DNA of 64,000 nucleotides from Longimicrobiales bacterium (GTDB taxonomy: Bacteria > Gemmatimonadota > Gemmatimonadetes > Longimicrobiales > Gaopeijiaceae): the NCBI GenBank assembly GCA_965248195.1, contig CBDFIQ010000001.1:1088001-1152000 (forward strand). Direction: 5' to 3'. A program made the translations under genes and the position numbers. Positions within the stretch are counted from its first letter, which is position 1; each line of letters opens with the position of its first letter. Of the stretch, positions 46,791 through 57,035 are shown one piece after another. Below the pieces are notes generated by a model, which saw nothing but the letters and a program-made list of their open reading frames with translations, did not search any database and was not told where the DNA came from.

Positions 46791-49184
46791 ATGCGTGTTT
46801 GGGCACTAAAGACCATTCTGCTGCTGACCACCCTGGCTTTTCTGTCGCCCCTGGGCGTGCGCGGCCAGAGCACCGACCTGACGGGGACCGTGGTCGACTC
46901 CCTCACCAACGAGGTCCTTCCCAGCGTATTGGTTTCCCTAGGCGAGTCGTCCTTCGGTGTGCTCACCGATGCGTTCGGACGGTTCGCCTTGGTGGGCCTC
47001 CCTGCCGGACCTATCCAGCTCACCATCGAGCATCTCAGCTACCGCACGCTGGTGCTGGAGCTTTCCGAGGTACCGGCGGACCCGCTGAGGGTGATGCTGG
47101 CGCCGGACGCCATCGAGCTCGCTGGAATACGCGTTCGTGCCCAGACACAGGTCATGGACGCTGCGCGCGGGATCAGCCAGGTCTCGATCGCCCCGGAGGA
47201 GATCCAGGTTCTGCCGTCCTTGGGCGAGCCGGACATCTTCCGCTCGCTCCAACTCCTGCCGGGCGTGAGCGGCACCAACGACGCCACCTCGGGACTCTTC
47301 GTGCGGGGCGGCACGCCCGAGGAGAATCTGGTGCTCCTGGACGGCATGACCGTTTACCATGTGGACCACTTCTTCGGGATCTTCAGCGCCTTCAACGCCG
47401 ATGCCATCAAGGACGTGCAGCTCTACAAGTCCGCGTATCCGGCCCGCTTCGGTGGGCGCACGTCCAGCGTGGTGAACATGATCGGGAGGGCGGGGGATCC
47501 ACAGGCCTTCCGCATGAGCGCTGGCGCGAATCTGCTGAGTGGCCGTACTGCCGTGGAGATCCCGCTCGGGGACGCCGCCGCGCTCATGGTCTCGGCCCGG
47601 AGGTCGTATACGGACGTCATCCAGAGCGGCCTCTTCAACAACCTCTTCAATACGCTGACCGACGCGGACGAGGCAGCGGAAACACAGCAGCCCGCAGGCT
47701 TCGGTGGCCGTCGCAGGCGATTCGAGGTCCAGGAGGCTACTCCCTCGTTCTACTTCTACGACGTGAACGCCAAGCTGACATGGACGCCGTCGCCCCGCGA
47801 CGTAGTCGCGGCGAGCCTCTACGGCGGGGCGGACAATCTGGACCAGTCCACCGCGGGCCAGGCCATCCAGTTCGGTGGCAACACCTTCAACACACCGAAC
47901 CGCCAGGAGATCACCGACTGGGGGAACCGCGGTGTCAGCGCCCGCTGGTTCCGGCAGTGGGGAGGACGCTTCAGCTCGGACGCACAGATCGCCGCGAGCG
48001 AATACTTCAGCGACGGCGCCCGGGAGATCACGTCCGATCAGTTCGCCAACGGGTTCCTGGAAGAGAACCGGGTCCAGGATATGAGCCTCCGTTTGGACAA
48101 CTCCTGGAGAGTTGCGCGGTCCTCCACCGTCGAGTTTGGGGCTCTGCTGACTCAGAGCGACGTCCGCTACGGCTTCGAGCAGCTTCTGGGGGACTCGGTC
48201 CGGGGGAGCCTGGCCCTGGCCGGCGATGCACTCCAGACCAGCGGCTACGTCCAGCACGTCTGGACCGGTCCCGCGGGGCTCAAGCTCACTACGGGAGCCC
48301 GGGGCACCCACTCCGACGCTACGGGGAGGGGCTACTTCGAACCCCGTGCCTCCCTCGAACTCCCCCTCGGCGCGAATCTTAAGGCCAAGGGTGCCTGGGG
48401 GCGTTACAACCAGTTCATCAAGCGAGTGGAGAACGAGGATATTCTCGAGGGGAGCCGTGACTTCTGGGTGCTCGCTGACTCTGTGCTGGCCCCCACCACC
48501 GCCGAGCATCGTGTTTTGGGTGTCAGCTACGAGACCCGGGGTTTCCTCTTCGACCTCGAGGGTTACCACAAGGGTCTCGACGGTTTAACGCAGTTCTCCA
48601 CACGCTCCCGTCGAGGCCCGGGGCAGGCCTTCGGCGACCTCTTTTTCTCGGGGACGGGTGTCGCGAAAGGTGTGGAGCTACTCGTTCAGAGGAAGGTGGG
48701 TCCGCTCACCGGCTGGGTGAGTTATTCGCTGAGCCAGGTGGAATACGATCTGGACGACTTCAACCGCGGGGAGCCCTTCGCGGCGAGCCACGACCAAACG
48801 CACGAATTCAAGACGGTGGGTGTCTACCAAATGGGACCCTGGACGTTCTCCGGTACCTGGGTCTACGGGTCGGGTCGGCCGTTTACAGCGCCCGAGAGCG
48901 AGTATGCCGTGGAGCTACTCGACGGAACCTCTTTCAGCTACATCCACGTGGGGGGCAAGAATGCCGAGCGCCTTCCCGCCTACCATCGGATGGATGTGGG
49001 CGCTACCCGCCGATTCGAGTCCGCCCGCTTCTTCTACGAACTGAACATCTCCGCGTTCAACGCTTACGGGCGCAACAATGTGTGGTATCGGAAGTTCGAC
49101 CTGACCGACAGCGCGGTCGTGGTGACGGACGTGACCACCCTCCCGTTCACGCCCAGTATCGGTTTCCGGATGGGGATCAAGTAG
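46791..49184 (+). CDS. TonB-dependent receptor
   Basis: Signal peptide; plug QLLPGV..VRGG..N.VLLDG; RLPAYHRMD. Confidence 0.9.
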   Translation: MRVWALKTILLLTTLAFLSPLGVRGQSTDLTGTVVDSLTNEVLPSVLVSLGESSFGVLTDAFGRFALVGLPAGPIQLTIEHLSYRTLVLELSEVPADPLRVMLAPDAIELAGIRVRAQTQVMDAARGISQVSIAPEEIQVLPSLGEPDIFRSLQLLPGVSGTNDATSGLFVRGGTPEENLVLLDGMTVYHVDHFFGIFSAFNADAIKDVQLYKSAYPARFGGRTSSVVNMIGRAGDPQAFRMSAGANLLSGRTAVEIPLGDAAALMVSARRSYTDVIQSGLFNNLFNTLTDADEAAETQQPAGFGGRRRRFEVQEATPSFYFYDVNAKLTWTPSPRDVVAASLYGGADNLDQSTAGQAIQFGGNTFNTPNRQEITDWGNRGVSARWFRQWGGRFSSDAQIAASEYFSDGAREITSDQFANGFLEENRVQDMSLRLDNSWRVARSSTVEFGALLTQSDVRYGFEQLLGDSVRGSLALAGDALQTSGYVQHVWTGPAGLKLTTGARGTHSDATGRGYFEPRASLELPLGANLKAKGAWGRYNQFIKRVENEDILEGSRDFWVLADSVLAPTTAEHRVLGVSYETRGFLFDLEGYHKGLDGLTQFSTRSRRGPGQAFGDLFFSGTGVAKGVELLVQRKVGPLTGWVSYSLSQVEYDLDDFNRGEPFAASHDQTHEFKTVGVYQMGPWTFSGTWVYGSGRPFTAPESEYAVELLDGTSFSYIHVGGKNAERLPAYHRMDVGATRRFESARFFYELNISAFNAYGRNNVWYRKFDLTDSAVVVTDVTTLPFTPSIGFRMGIK

Positions 49185-50048
49185 ATGACACAGAGGAGAC
49201 GATTTGTAGCTTGGGCTTTGGCGATCGTCGGAGGGCTGGCGGCCCAGGCCTGTGCCGACTCCGATCCGGTGGGCCCCGACGGCGATCTTCTCGTGGTTCG
49301 CGCGTTCCTGTTCGCCGGCGAGCCCGTGGCCGATATTCGCATCACGACCACGGTTCCACTGGTGTCCGAGGACACGCTCGGCGTACCCGTGAGCGATGCC
49401 ACGGTCTGGCTGGAGCGTGACGATGTTTGCTTCGACCTGATCGCCACTCCGGGAGTGGCGGGAGCCTATCACTATCCGGGCTCGGATCTGGTGGTCGGGG
49501 TGGGCGAAGTCTTTGAGCTGGGGATCTCCCGTGGTTCCGAGAGCATCTCGGCAACGACCGTCGTGCCGTCTCCACCGGAGGGATTCACCGTGTCGTCCGA
49601 TGTCATGGATGTGGTGGATCTCACCGCTGGGGGATTCGGCGGGCGAGGCGGCGGGCGGGGCGGTGGCCCGGGCGGCGGCCTGGCCTTCGGTGGCCTCATC
49701 GTCCGCTGGACCAACCCTGAGCGGGACCTGTTCTTCGTGGTGGTGGACAACCTCGAGACCGATCCGGTCCAGATCCCGGCTCCGGATTTCATCGGAATCG
49801 CGAGGCGCTTCGTGTCGGCACCTACACCGGCCGACAGCACCACGATCAGCCAGCTCTCCCTCACGCACCTCGGCGAGCATCGGATTCGCCTGTACCACGT
49901 GAATCAGGAATACGCCGACCTCTATGAGGGTCGAGTGCAGGATTCCCGTGACCTCAATGAGCCACCCAGCAATATTCTCGGTGGGTTGGGTGTATTCTCA
50001 GCGTTTTCCTCCCGTGAGGGGACCTTCACGGCACTCTTGACTGGATGA
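49185..50048 (+). CDS. DUF4249-like lipoprotein
   Basis: Lipobox AQAC; C-terminal PSNI.GGLGVF; directly follows the receptor. Confidence 0.75.
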   Translation: MTQRRRFVAWALAIVGGLAAQACADSDPVGPDGDLLVVRAFLFAGEPVADIRITTTVPLVSEDTLGVPVSDATVWLERDDVCFDLIATPGVAGAYHYPGSDLVVGVGEVFELGISRGSESISATTVVPSPPEGFTVSSDVMDVVDLTAGGFGGRGGGRGGGPGGGLAFGGLIVRWTNPERDLFFVVVDNLETDPVQIPAPDFIGIARRFVSAPTPADSTTISQLSLTHLGEHRIRLYHVNQEYADLYEGRVQDSRDLNEPPSNILGGLGVFSAFSSREGTFTALLTG

Positions 50049-50241
50049 GCCCACCTGGGGGCAACCCGCTCGGAACGTGACCTGCGCCCGGTCGGGCTCG
50101 ACACTTCTCGACATTCATCGGAGTCAGCCTTCGGCAAGCCCCCACCGGTCAGGCCGGAACCCCACGGGACTGGGAAAGGTATGCCCTGCGTCGGTAAGGC
50201 GCCCCTAGACTCCTCCCATCCCGTAGCGGACAGGAATCCAC

Positions 50242-53100
50242 ATGATTGTCCGCTGGGACACGCACACTGAAGTCCCGGGCCGATCCGTCGGCGTGTCCTC
50301 GTTTGCTCTGCGACTCTTCCTCGGGCTCATCCTGCTCGGGCCCATCCTGCCCTCCACTCCCCTGGGGCTCCAGGCGCAGGACGTCGAGTCCGGCCAGGGC
50401 AGCACAGAGCCAGCTCAGGAAGAGACAGTCGACGCCGAATATGACCACGAGTCGGCGGCGCGGGCGCGGGCCGTCCGGGTGCGAACGTCCATCGATGTGG
50501 ACGGTCGCCTTGACGAGCCGGTGTGGGCAGAGGCGCCGCCCATCAAGGAGTTCATCCAGGAGGACCCGGCGGAAGGAGAACCTGGAACCGAGCGTACCGA
50601 GTTCCGCGTGGCCTATGACGATGACGCGATCTATATCGGGGCGATGCTCTACGACAGATTCCCGATCACGACGCGCCTCGCTCGCCGTGATCCGGGGAGC
50701 GGCGCCTTCGACTTCATCACAGTCAGTCTCGACAGCTACCACGACCACGAGACGGCGTACCATTTTTCAGTGAATCCGTCGGGCACGACTGACGATGCAG
50801 TGTCATCCAGCGGCGGCGGTGGAGGGGGCCGGGGTGGGGGCGGAGGCGGGGGCCGGGACTCCTCGTGGGACCCCGTCTGGGACGTCGCTACCCTGATCAC
50901 CGAGGCGGGGTGGTCCGCGGAGATGCGGATCCCGTTCAGCCAGCTTCGTTTCAGCCCCGAAGATGAGCAGGTGTGGGGCATCGAAATCAGGCGGAACATC
51001 CACCGTAACCAGGAGCGAGTGGCCTTCCCCTTTACACCCACCCTGGAAAGGGGAGGGGCCTCCCGGTTCACGCACCTCGACGGGATCGAGGGAATCGAGC
51101 CGGGCCAGAGGTTGGAGCTCCTGCCCTACGTGGCGGCTCGTGGAGAGTATCTTCAGCTGGGGGTTCCCTCGGGCGTCAACTTCTCGAACCCCTATCGAAG
51201 CGGATCCGATTACTTCGGTCAGGCGGGGCTGGACCTGAAGTACCGGTTGGCACCGAACGTCACGCTGGACGCCACGGTGAACCCCGATTTCGGCCAGGTG
51301 GAGGTGGATCCCTCCGTAATCAACCTGACGGCGTTCGAGACCCGGTTCCAGGAGCGTCGCCCGTTCTTCGTGGAGGGTGGGGATATCTTCCAAGTTGGCG
51401 AAGGGGGACCGGGCGGTAGCACGGGGCGGCCTCCGCAGCTGTTTTACTCCCGCCGGATCGGACGATCTCCGTCGGGCTCACCTCCTGCGGAGGCCGTGTT
51501 CGCCGATGTGGCCTCCGCCACGACGATTCTGGGCGCCGCGAAGGTCACGGGGAGGGTAGGAGATGGTTGGTCGCTCGGGCTCCTCGAGGCGGTCACCGGC
51601 CAGGAGACAGCCACGTACATGGAGGCCGACCAGGCCGTGAGTGAAGCCGTAATCGAACCCGCGGCGAACTACCTCGTGGGGAGGGTTCGAAGGCAGATCA
51701 GGGGCGGCGAGACCCGCTTCGGAGTTTTTGGCACGGCGGCGAATCGGGCCGTGGAGGGGACGGGGCTGGGTGAGCGTCTTCACTCGGCGGCGTACTCCGG
51801 GGGCGCCGACTTTGCCCACGAGTGGGGGAATCGGACCTACCGAATCAGCACCATGGTCAGCGGGAGCTACGTGCAGGGGGATCCGGCCGCGATCACACGT
51901 ACACAGAGCACCTCCACCCGATACTTTCAACGTCCAGACGCCGACCACCTGACCCTCGATCCAAATGCGACCTCGCTGGGCGGGTACTATGCGATGGTCG
52001 ACATTGCGAAGCAGGCCGGAGCTTTCGGTGCAAAGCTCGCCGTGGCGGCGGCCAGCCCGGGTTACGAAGTGAACGACCTCGGGTTCCAGTCCGCCTCGGA
52101 CCGGCTCATCGTCGACACGAATTTCAGCTACAACCACCCCGACCCCGGTCGGATTCTGAGGCAGTGGGACGTCCGGTGGAGCCCAGACGCGGTGTGGAAC
52201 TATGCTGGTGACCGAGTCTGGACCGAGGTGAACGGCAACTTCAACTTGCAGTTTCTGAACTACTGGGGCCTGGGGGCCAGACTCGGCTACAACCCTCGCC
52301 ACGACGACGATCGTCTGACCCGCGGAGGACCGCTGGCGCGCACCCCGAGCCGCCTCGCGGGAAGCTTGAACGTTCGCTCGGACGGAAGGCGCGAGACCGT
52401 TGGGCGCCTCAGCTATGATTGGGTGGTCGAGAGCGGGGATTCCTGGAACCGCAGCGTCAGTTTCGACCTGACCGTGAATCCCAGCGAGCGGCTCACGATC
52501 CAGTTCGGACCGTCGCTGAGCCGCGGCCATACGTCGGCTCAATACGTTTCGTCGGTGGCGGACCCTCTGGCGGTCCAGACCTTCGGTCAGCGCTACATCT
52601 TCGGCGGACTCGACCAGACCACGGTCTCCATCGACACGAGGGTAAACGTCACGTTCACGCCCACCCTGTCTCTACAGGTGTATGTCGAGCCTTTCATTTC
52701 CACCGGGGACTACCGTGAGCTGAAGGAGTTCGAGCGGCCCGGAACGTTCAAGTTCCTGGAGTACGGGACGGACATCGGGACGGTCTCCCAGGACCCCGGC
52801 CGGGGCTACACCATCGATCCAGACGGGACCGGTCCCGCCGCGCCCTTCGAAGTGACGGATCGCGACTTCAGCTACCGCAGCCTCATCGGGAACGCGGTGC
52901 TCCGTTGGGAGTGGCGGCAGGGGTCGACGCTGTTTTTCGTGTGGCAGCAGCGCCGGATCAGCTCGCTCACGGGAGACGGCGTCAATGGGACCGACCCCTG
53001 GATCGGCGGGTTCGAGCTCGGCCGAGACCCTGGCGACATGTTCGCGACGCCGGCGGACAACATTTTCGTGATCAAGGTGAACTACTGGCTGAACCCCTGA
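50242..53100 (+). CDS. CBM9-like/DUF5916 outer-membrane protein
   Basis: DGRLDEPVW, WSAEMRIPFSQLRF, NPDFGQVE, ERRPFFVEG, FYSRRIG. Confidence 0.85.
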   Translation: MIVRWDTHTEVPGRSVGVSSFALRLFLGLILLGPILPSTPLGLQAQDVESGQGSTEPAQEETVDAEYDHESAARARAVRVRTSIDVDGRLDEPVWAEAPPIKEFIQEDPAEGEPGTERTEFRVAYDDDAIYIGAMLYDRFPITTRLARRDPGSGAFDFITVSLDSYHDHETAYHFSVNPSGTTDDAVSSSGGGGGGRGGGGGGGRDSSWDPVWDVATLITEAGWSAEMRIPFSQLRFSPEDEQVWGIEIRRNIHRNQERVAFPFTPTLERGGASRFTHLDGIEGIEPGQRLELLPYVAARGEYLQLGVPSGVNFSNPYRSGSDYFGQAGLDLKYRLAPNVTLDATVNPDFGQVEVDPSVINLTAFETRFQERRPFFVEGGDIFQVGEGGPGGSTGRPPQLFYSRRIGRSPSGSPPAEAVFADVASATTILGAAKVTGRVGDGWSLGLLEAVTGQETATYMEADQAVSEAVIEPAANYLVGRVRRQIRGGETRFGVFGTAANRAVEGTGLGERLHSAAYSGGADFAHEWGNRTYRISTMVSGSYVQGDPAAITRTQSTSTRYFQRPDADHLTLDPNATSLGGYYAMVDIAKQAGAFGAKLAVAAASPGYEVNDLGFQSASDRLIVDTNFSYNHPDPGRILRQWDVRWSPDAVWNYAGDRVWTEVNGNFNLQFLNYWGLGARLGYNPRHDDDRLTRGGPLARTPSRLAGSLNVRSDGRRETVGRLSYDWVVESGDSWNRSVSFDLTVNPSERLTIQFGPSLSRGHTSAQYVSSVADPLAVQTFGQRYIFGGLDQTTVSIDTRVNVTFTPTLSLQVYVEPFISTGDYRELKEFERPGTFKFLEYGTDIGTVSQDPGRGYTIDPDGTGPAAPFEVTDRDFSYRSLIGNAVLRWEWRQGSTLFFVWQQRRISSLTGDGVNGTDPWIGGFELGRDPGDMFATPADNIFVIKVNYWLNP

Positions 53101-53236
53101 GGTGGGGGCTCTTGCCAGAGGGTCTCGAGATGAACGTACTGGCTCGACTAAACGGACCGCACGGTCACGGAGCAAGAACGCCGGCCGTCAGGCAGACCGG
53201 CCGGCGTTCAGCACGAGCCAACAGGTTCGGACTAAC

Positions 53237-54387
53237 TCACCGGTTCCGGTAGGTCCTCACCGGAGGGAGACGGACGCCCGCCGGGCCTTGTGGCCTCTCC
53301 TCACTGACCACCGGCATCCGGAGCGTCCCGATTCCATCGATGGTCGCCTCGACAACGTCGCCCGGCTGTAGCCATTGCGCCTCACCGGTCTGAACGACGG
53401 CCATACCGGTACCGCCCGACGTGCCGCCGTTGATCACGTCACCCGGGAGGAGCGTGTTGATCGACGAGGCGTACTCGATCAGCTCCCAGAGCGAGTGGAT
53501 CATGTCGCCCGCTCTCGCCTCCTGCAGGACCCTACCATCAACGCTCAGCGTCTGCCTCAGGTTCTGCATCGGGTCGCCGTAGAACTCCTTCGGAACGATC
53601 CAGGGCCCGTGGGGCGCAAACGTGTCGTGGCCTTTGCCGACGAACCAGTCGCCGCCCGACTCGCGGTTCCCCGGAGGACGGCCACCACGGTCGGACACAT
53701 CGATCGTCACCATGTAGCCGAACACGTAATCCTGGGCCTCTGCCGCCGTGACGTATTTCGCGGTGCGGCCGATCACCGTCCCGATCTCGACTTCCCAGTC
53801 CGTCCGGTCACGGCCGAAGGGAATCGTGATGAAGCGCCATTCCCAATGATCGAGCCCCAGGTCGGCTTCAGGAAGAGATAGGGTACGCCCCGATTTGCGG
53901 CGCGTTCGCGTGCCGCCGCTGCCTGCTGTTCGGGCCCACCGCCCTCCCCAACGTGGCTGTAGAAATTCCCTGCCGCGTTCAAGACTTTTCTAGGGTACAT
54001 GATCGGCGGGAGTATCCGGATGTCGTCCACGTCGTGGACAAAATCGGTGCGCATGGCTCCAGTCAGCCGGCCGTTTTCCACGAGGTAGTTGGCGATCTCG
54101 TAGAGGCGGTACTTGAGGCCGTACTCATAGCGGCCGATCAGCTCGAGCATGTCTTCCGGCATCGGGATCTCTGGGTAAGTCGGATCCAGCTCGAGCAACC
54201 TGTTCGCGGCGTTGAGATCAACGACGAGCGCATCGCGGAAGACGAGTCCCACGGTGGGGGCCCCACCGATCTCGAAGGTTCCTACTTTGAACGGCTCGAC
54301 AACACCGACGGCTTGGGCGGAGAGCTCCACGGGGCCGGCGAGTAGGATGAGTGCGCTGAGCGCGCCCAAGATGGTAGCGATTCGCAT
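53237..54387 (-). pseudogene. fumarylacetoacetate-hydrolase family protein, frameshifted
   Basis: PYLFLK..IIGNG in one frame; TIPFGRDRTDWEVE..GKGHDTFAP in the next; shift near 53834. Confidence 0.85.
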
Positions 54388-54565
54388 GATGTTCCTCGGT
54401 CTGGAGTCACGGGGTCAAGAGTACCCAATGCTTTATCTCCGCACACCCTCGACTGTCAATAGGCGGACGAGTGCTATCTTGGCTCATATCGTCACCCGCA
54501 TTTAGGCTGACCGACCACGATGACCTTTTTGAGGATCCCCAACATGCCCACGGAAGTCACAGCAG

Positions 54566-54891
54566 ATGCTGTTTAGTCGATATCGGATAGACAATGTGCC
54601 TCTCGTATTCCGGGTGCCTTTCCTGGTCTACGGGTATGTGTTGGGGTCCCTGTGGTTCGTCTTCCTCCTGCTGCTGCGTCTGACAATATCCGTTCGGGTA
54701 ACGGGCACGCAGAACCTCTCGGCCGATGCGAACTACATTTTTTGCCTGTGGCACGAGTCTGGCCCCCTGTCCTTCCAGGGGTGGACACCGCGTCTTCCGG
54801 CCTACCTTCGGGAGCGCCCGCACGCCTGGTTGCAGCATCCGCCCTGGTATACGAAGCCGGTTGCCGTGCTTCTAAATCTTCTCGGTGTGCA
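54566..54891 (+). pseudogene. DUF374/acyltransferase-like protein truncated by IS256
   Basis: LTISVRVTG....IFCLWH; runs into the IS end. Confidence 0.55.
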
Positions 54892-56267
54892 GGTAGTGTC
54901 CCTAGATTTGTGTAAAAGCGGATAAGCTGGACAGGAGGGAAAGAAAAACGGAAGCTCCTCTGTTGTTGTTCACTGTCACATGAACCCGGGAGTCCGGGTC
55001 TGCAGAGCAGGCTCGGAACCGGAGAGGAGCTTCCGATGCAAGAGATTGTGGAGATCGGTCGGGCCACGCAAGACGAGCTACGCGATGATTTGCGCGAGCT
55101 GTTTCAAGGCGCGATCCGGCTGACGCTCGAGATGGTGCTGGAAGAGGAGCTGAAGGCCATGGTAGGTGCACGCCGCTTCGAGCGGGTGGGAAGCCGGAAG
55201 GACCATAGGAACGGCACATACCTGAGGCGGCTGCTGACGAGCCTGGGGCAGATCGAGGTCGCCATGCCCCGGAGCCGGGACAACGGTTCGCCGGCCGACG
55301 TGATCGGCCGCTACCAGCGCAGGAGCCCCGAGCTCGACGAGATGATGGTCGAGGCGTATGTGAGCGGCGTGTCACAGCGCAAGATGGGCGACGTCACCGA
55401 GGCGCTGATGGGCGAGCGTGTTGGGCGCTCGACGGTGAGTCGTGTGGCAAAACGGCTCGACGAGGCCGTGGAAGGGCTGCGCCGTGCGCCGATCGAGGGG
55501 CCTCACCCCTATCTGTACCTGGACGCCACGTTCTTGGACGCCCGCTGGGCCCGCAAAGTCGAGAACGTGAGTGCGCTCGTGGCGTATGCAGTGGGCCCTG
55601 AGGGTCACCGACGGCTCCTGGCCGTCACGCTGGGCGCTGAGGAGTCGCAGCAGAGCTGGTCGGAGCTCCTCGAGCAACTCCAGGACCGCGGCCTCGGCGG
55701 TGTCGAGCTCGTGATCGCCGATGAGCACGCAGGCCTGGCAGCTGCGGTCCGCCGCTTCCTGCCCGAGGCACGCCGTCAGAGGTGTACGGTCCATCTGCAG
55801 CGTAATGTGGGGGCGAGGGTCCCCCACCGCCTACGCAAGCGCGTGGCGCGTGAGGTCTCGGTGATCTTCCAGACATCCGGACTCGCCGAGGCGAAGAAGC
55901 TCCTGGGCGAGTTCGGCGCACGCTGGAAGAAGGAGCTGCCCGAGGCCGTGGAGGTCCTGGAGCGGGGCTTCGGGGCAGCGACGCAGTTCTACGCGTTCCC
56001 CGAGGCGCACTGGCCCCGGCTGCGTACCACCAACAGCCTCGAGCGGCTGCACGGCGAGATCAAACGCAGGATCAAGGCCGCCGGCGCCTTCCCGGACCGG
56101 GCCAGCGCCCTCAGGCTCATCACGGCCGTCGCACTCAGGACCACACACGTCTGGGGCGACCGGCGTTACCTCGACCTCTCACTCCTCCAGAAACAGGAGG
56201 TCGCCCAAGCAGCCTAGCCGAAGGCGAGGAGCTTCCTCCGCTTTTACACACAAATCGGGACTTGACC
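54892..56267 (+). mobile_element. IS256-family element, copy 5
   Basis: Same IRs; no target duplication. Confidence 0.93.
55036..56217 (+). CDS. IS256-family transposase
   Basis: Identical to 8993-10174. Confidence 0.95.
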   Translation: MQEIVEIGRATQDELRDDLRELFQGAIRLTLEMVLEEELKAMVGARRFERVGSRKDHRNGTYLRRLLTSLGQIEVAMPRSRDNGSPADVIGRYQRRSPELDEMMVEAYVSGVSQRKMGDVTEALMGERVGRSTVSRVAKRLDEAVEGLRRAPIEGPHPYLYLDATFLDARWARKVENVSALVAYAVGPEGHRRLLAVTLGAEESQQSWSELLEQLQDRGLGGVELVIADEHAGLAAAVRRFLPEARRQRCTVHLQRNVGARVPHRLRKRVAREVSVIFQTSGLAEAKKLLGEFGARWKKELPEAVEVLERGFGAATQFYAFPEAHWPRLRTTNSLERLHGEIKRRIKAAGAFPDRASALRLITAVALRTTHVWGDRRYLDLSLLQKQEVAQAA

Positions 56268-56930
56268 CCTCGTGGATTTTTCGATGTTACGCTTGTCGGG
56301 GCACAGCCCACGGGGGACTTCGGGCTGATTGTCGACGAGGGGTGGGGTGTAGAGTTGGGCGGACGTTATGAGTTGGATTCGACCGGACTGCTCAGCGTTC
56401 GGGGCAGCCTAGGCTTCATCAACTACGGGAGCGAGACGCTCCGGTTCTGCAGCGTCTACAGCTGTCGGGTAGGCATGGATCTCGACACGTCGAACAACAT
56501 CCTTTTCTTTGGTGTCGGCCCCGAGCTGGCCGTACAAATGGGCCCGATACGACCCTATGCCAGGGGCTCCCTTGGTATCGGCTATTTCGTGACGACCTCC
56601 GGACTCAGCGGAAGCGATGACTGGACCGGCCACTCCTACGCCAATACCAACAACTTCGACGACCTCGTCTTTCAAAAACGGCTGGGCGCGGGATTGGGGC
56701 TTCGGTTATCGAACGGACGGCGTCCGGTCTGGTTGGATCTCGGTGCCGACTATCATCACAACGGCATGGCCAGCTACCTGAGAGAGGGGGATATCGTCGA
56801 CCAGCCGGACGGCAGCATCGTCATCTATCCCCGTAGGACCGAGGCGAACCTGTGGAGCTTCCGGGTGGGGGTGTCGATCGGGATTGCACGGGACCGGGGT
56901 CATGACGGCGATGAATGGCACGGGGGATAG
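56268..56930 (+). pseudogene. outer-membrane beta-barrel protein lacking its N-terminus
   Basis: Amphipathic strands ending FRVGVSIG; no signal peptide; the called start lies inside the IS. Confidence 0.65.
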
Positions 56931-56965
56931 CGTCGCCCCACTTCTTCAACGGGGCTTATATCGAC

Positions 56966-57010
56966 ACAGGGCCGCGCCACCGGGGTGGTGGCGCGGCCCT
57001 GTTCGTTTTC
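56966..57010 (+). terminator. intrinsic terminator between convergent genes
   Basis: 16-bp stem ACAGGGCCGCGCCACC/GGTGGCGCGGCCCTGT followed by TCGTTTT. Confidence 0.75.
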
Positions 57011-57035
57011 TCGCTGGTTGGAGAGCGTCGGGCCT

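Noticed and set aside
46799..48569. Long overlapping ORFs (527 and 543 aa) and similar shadows elsewhere
   Set aside because: Low-complexity Arg/Pro/Gly frames expected in high-GC coding DNA.
49630..50855. G-rich tracts as regulatory G-quadruplexes
   Set aside because: They encode Gly/Arg linkers inside ORFs; no further support.
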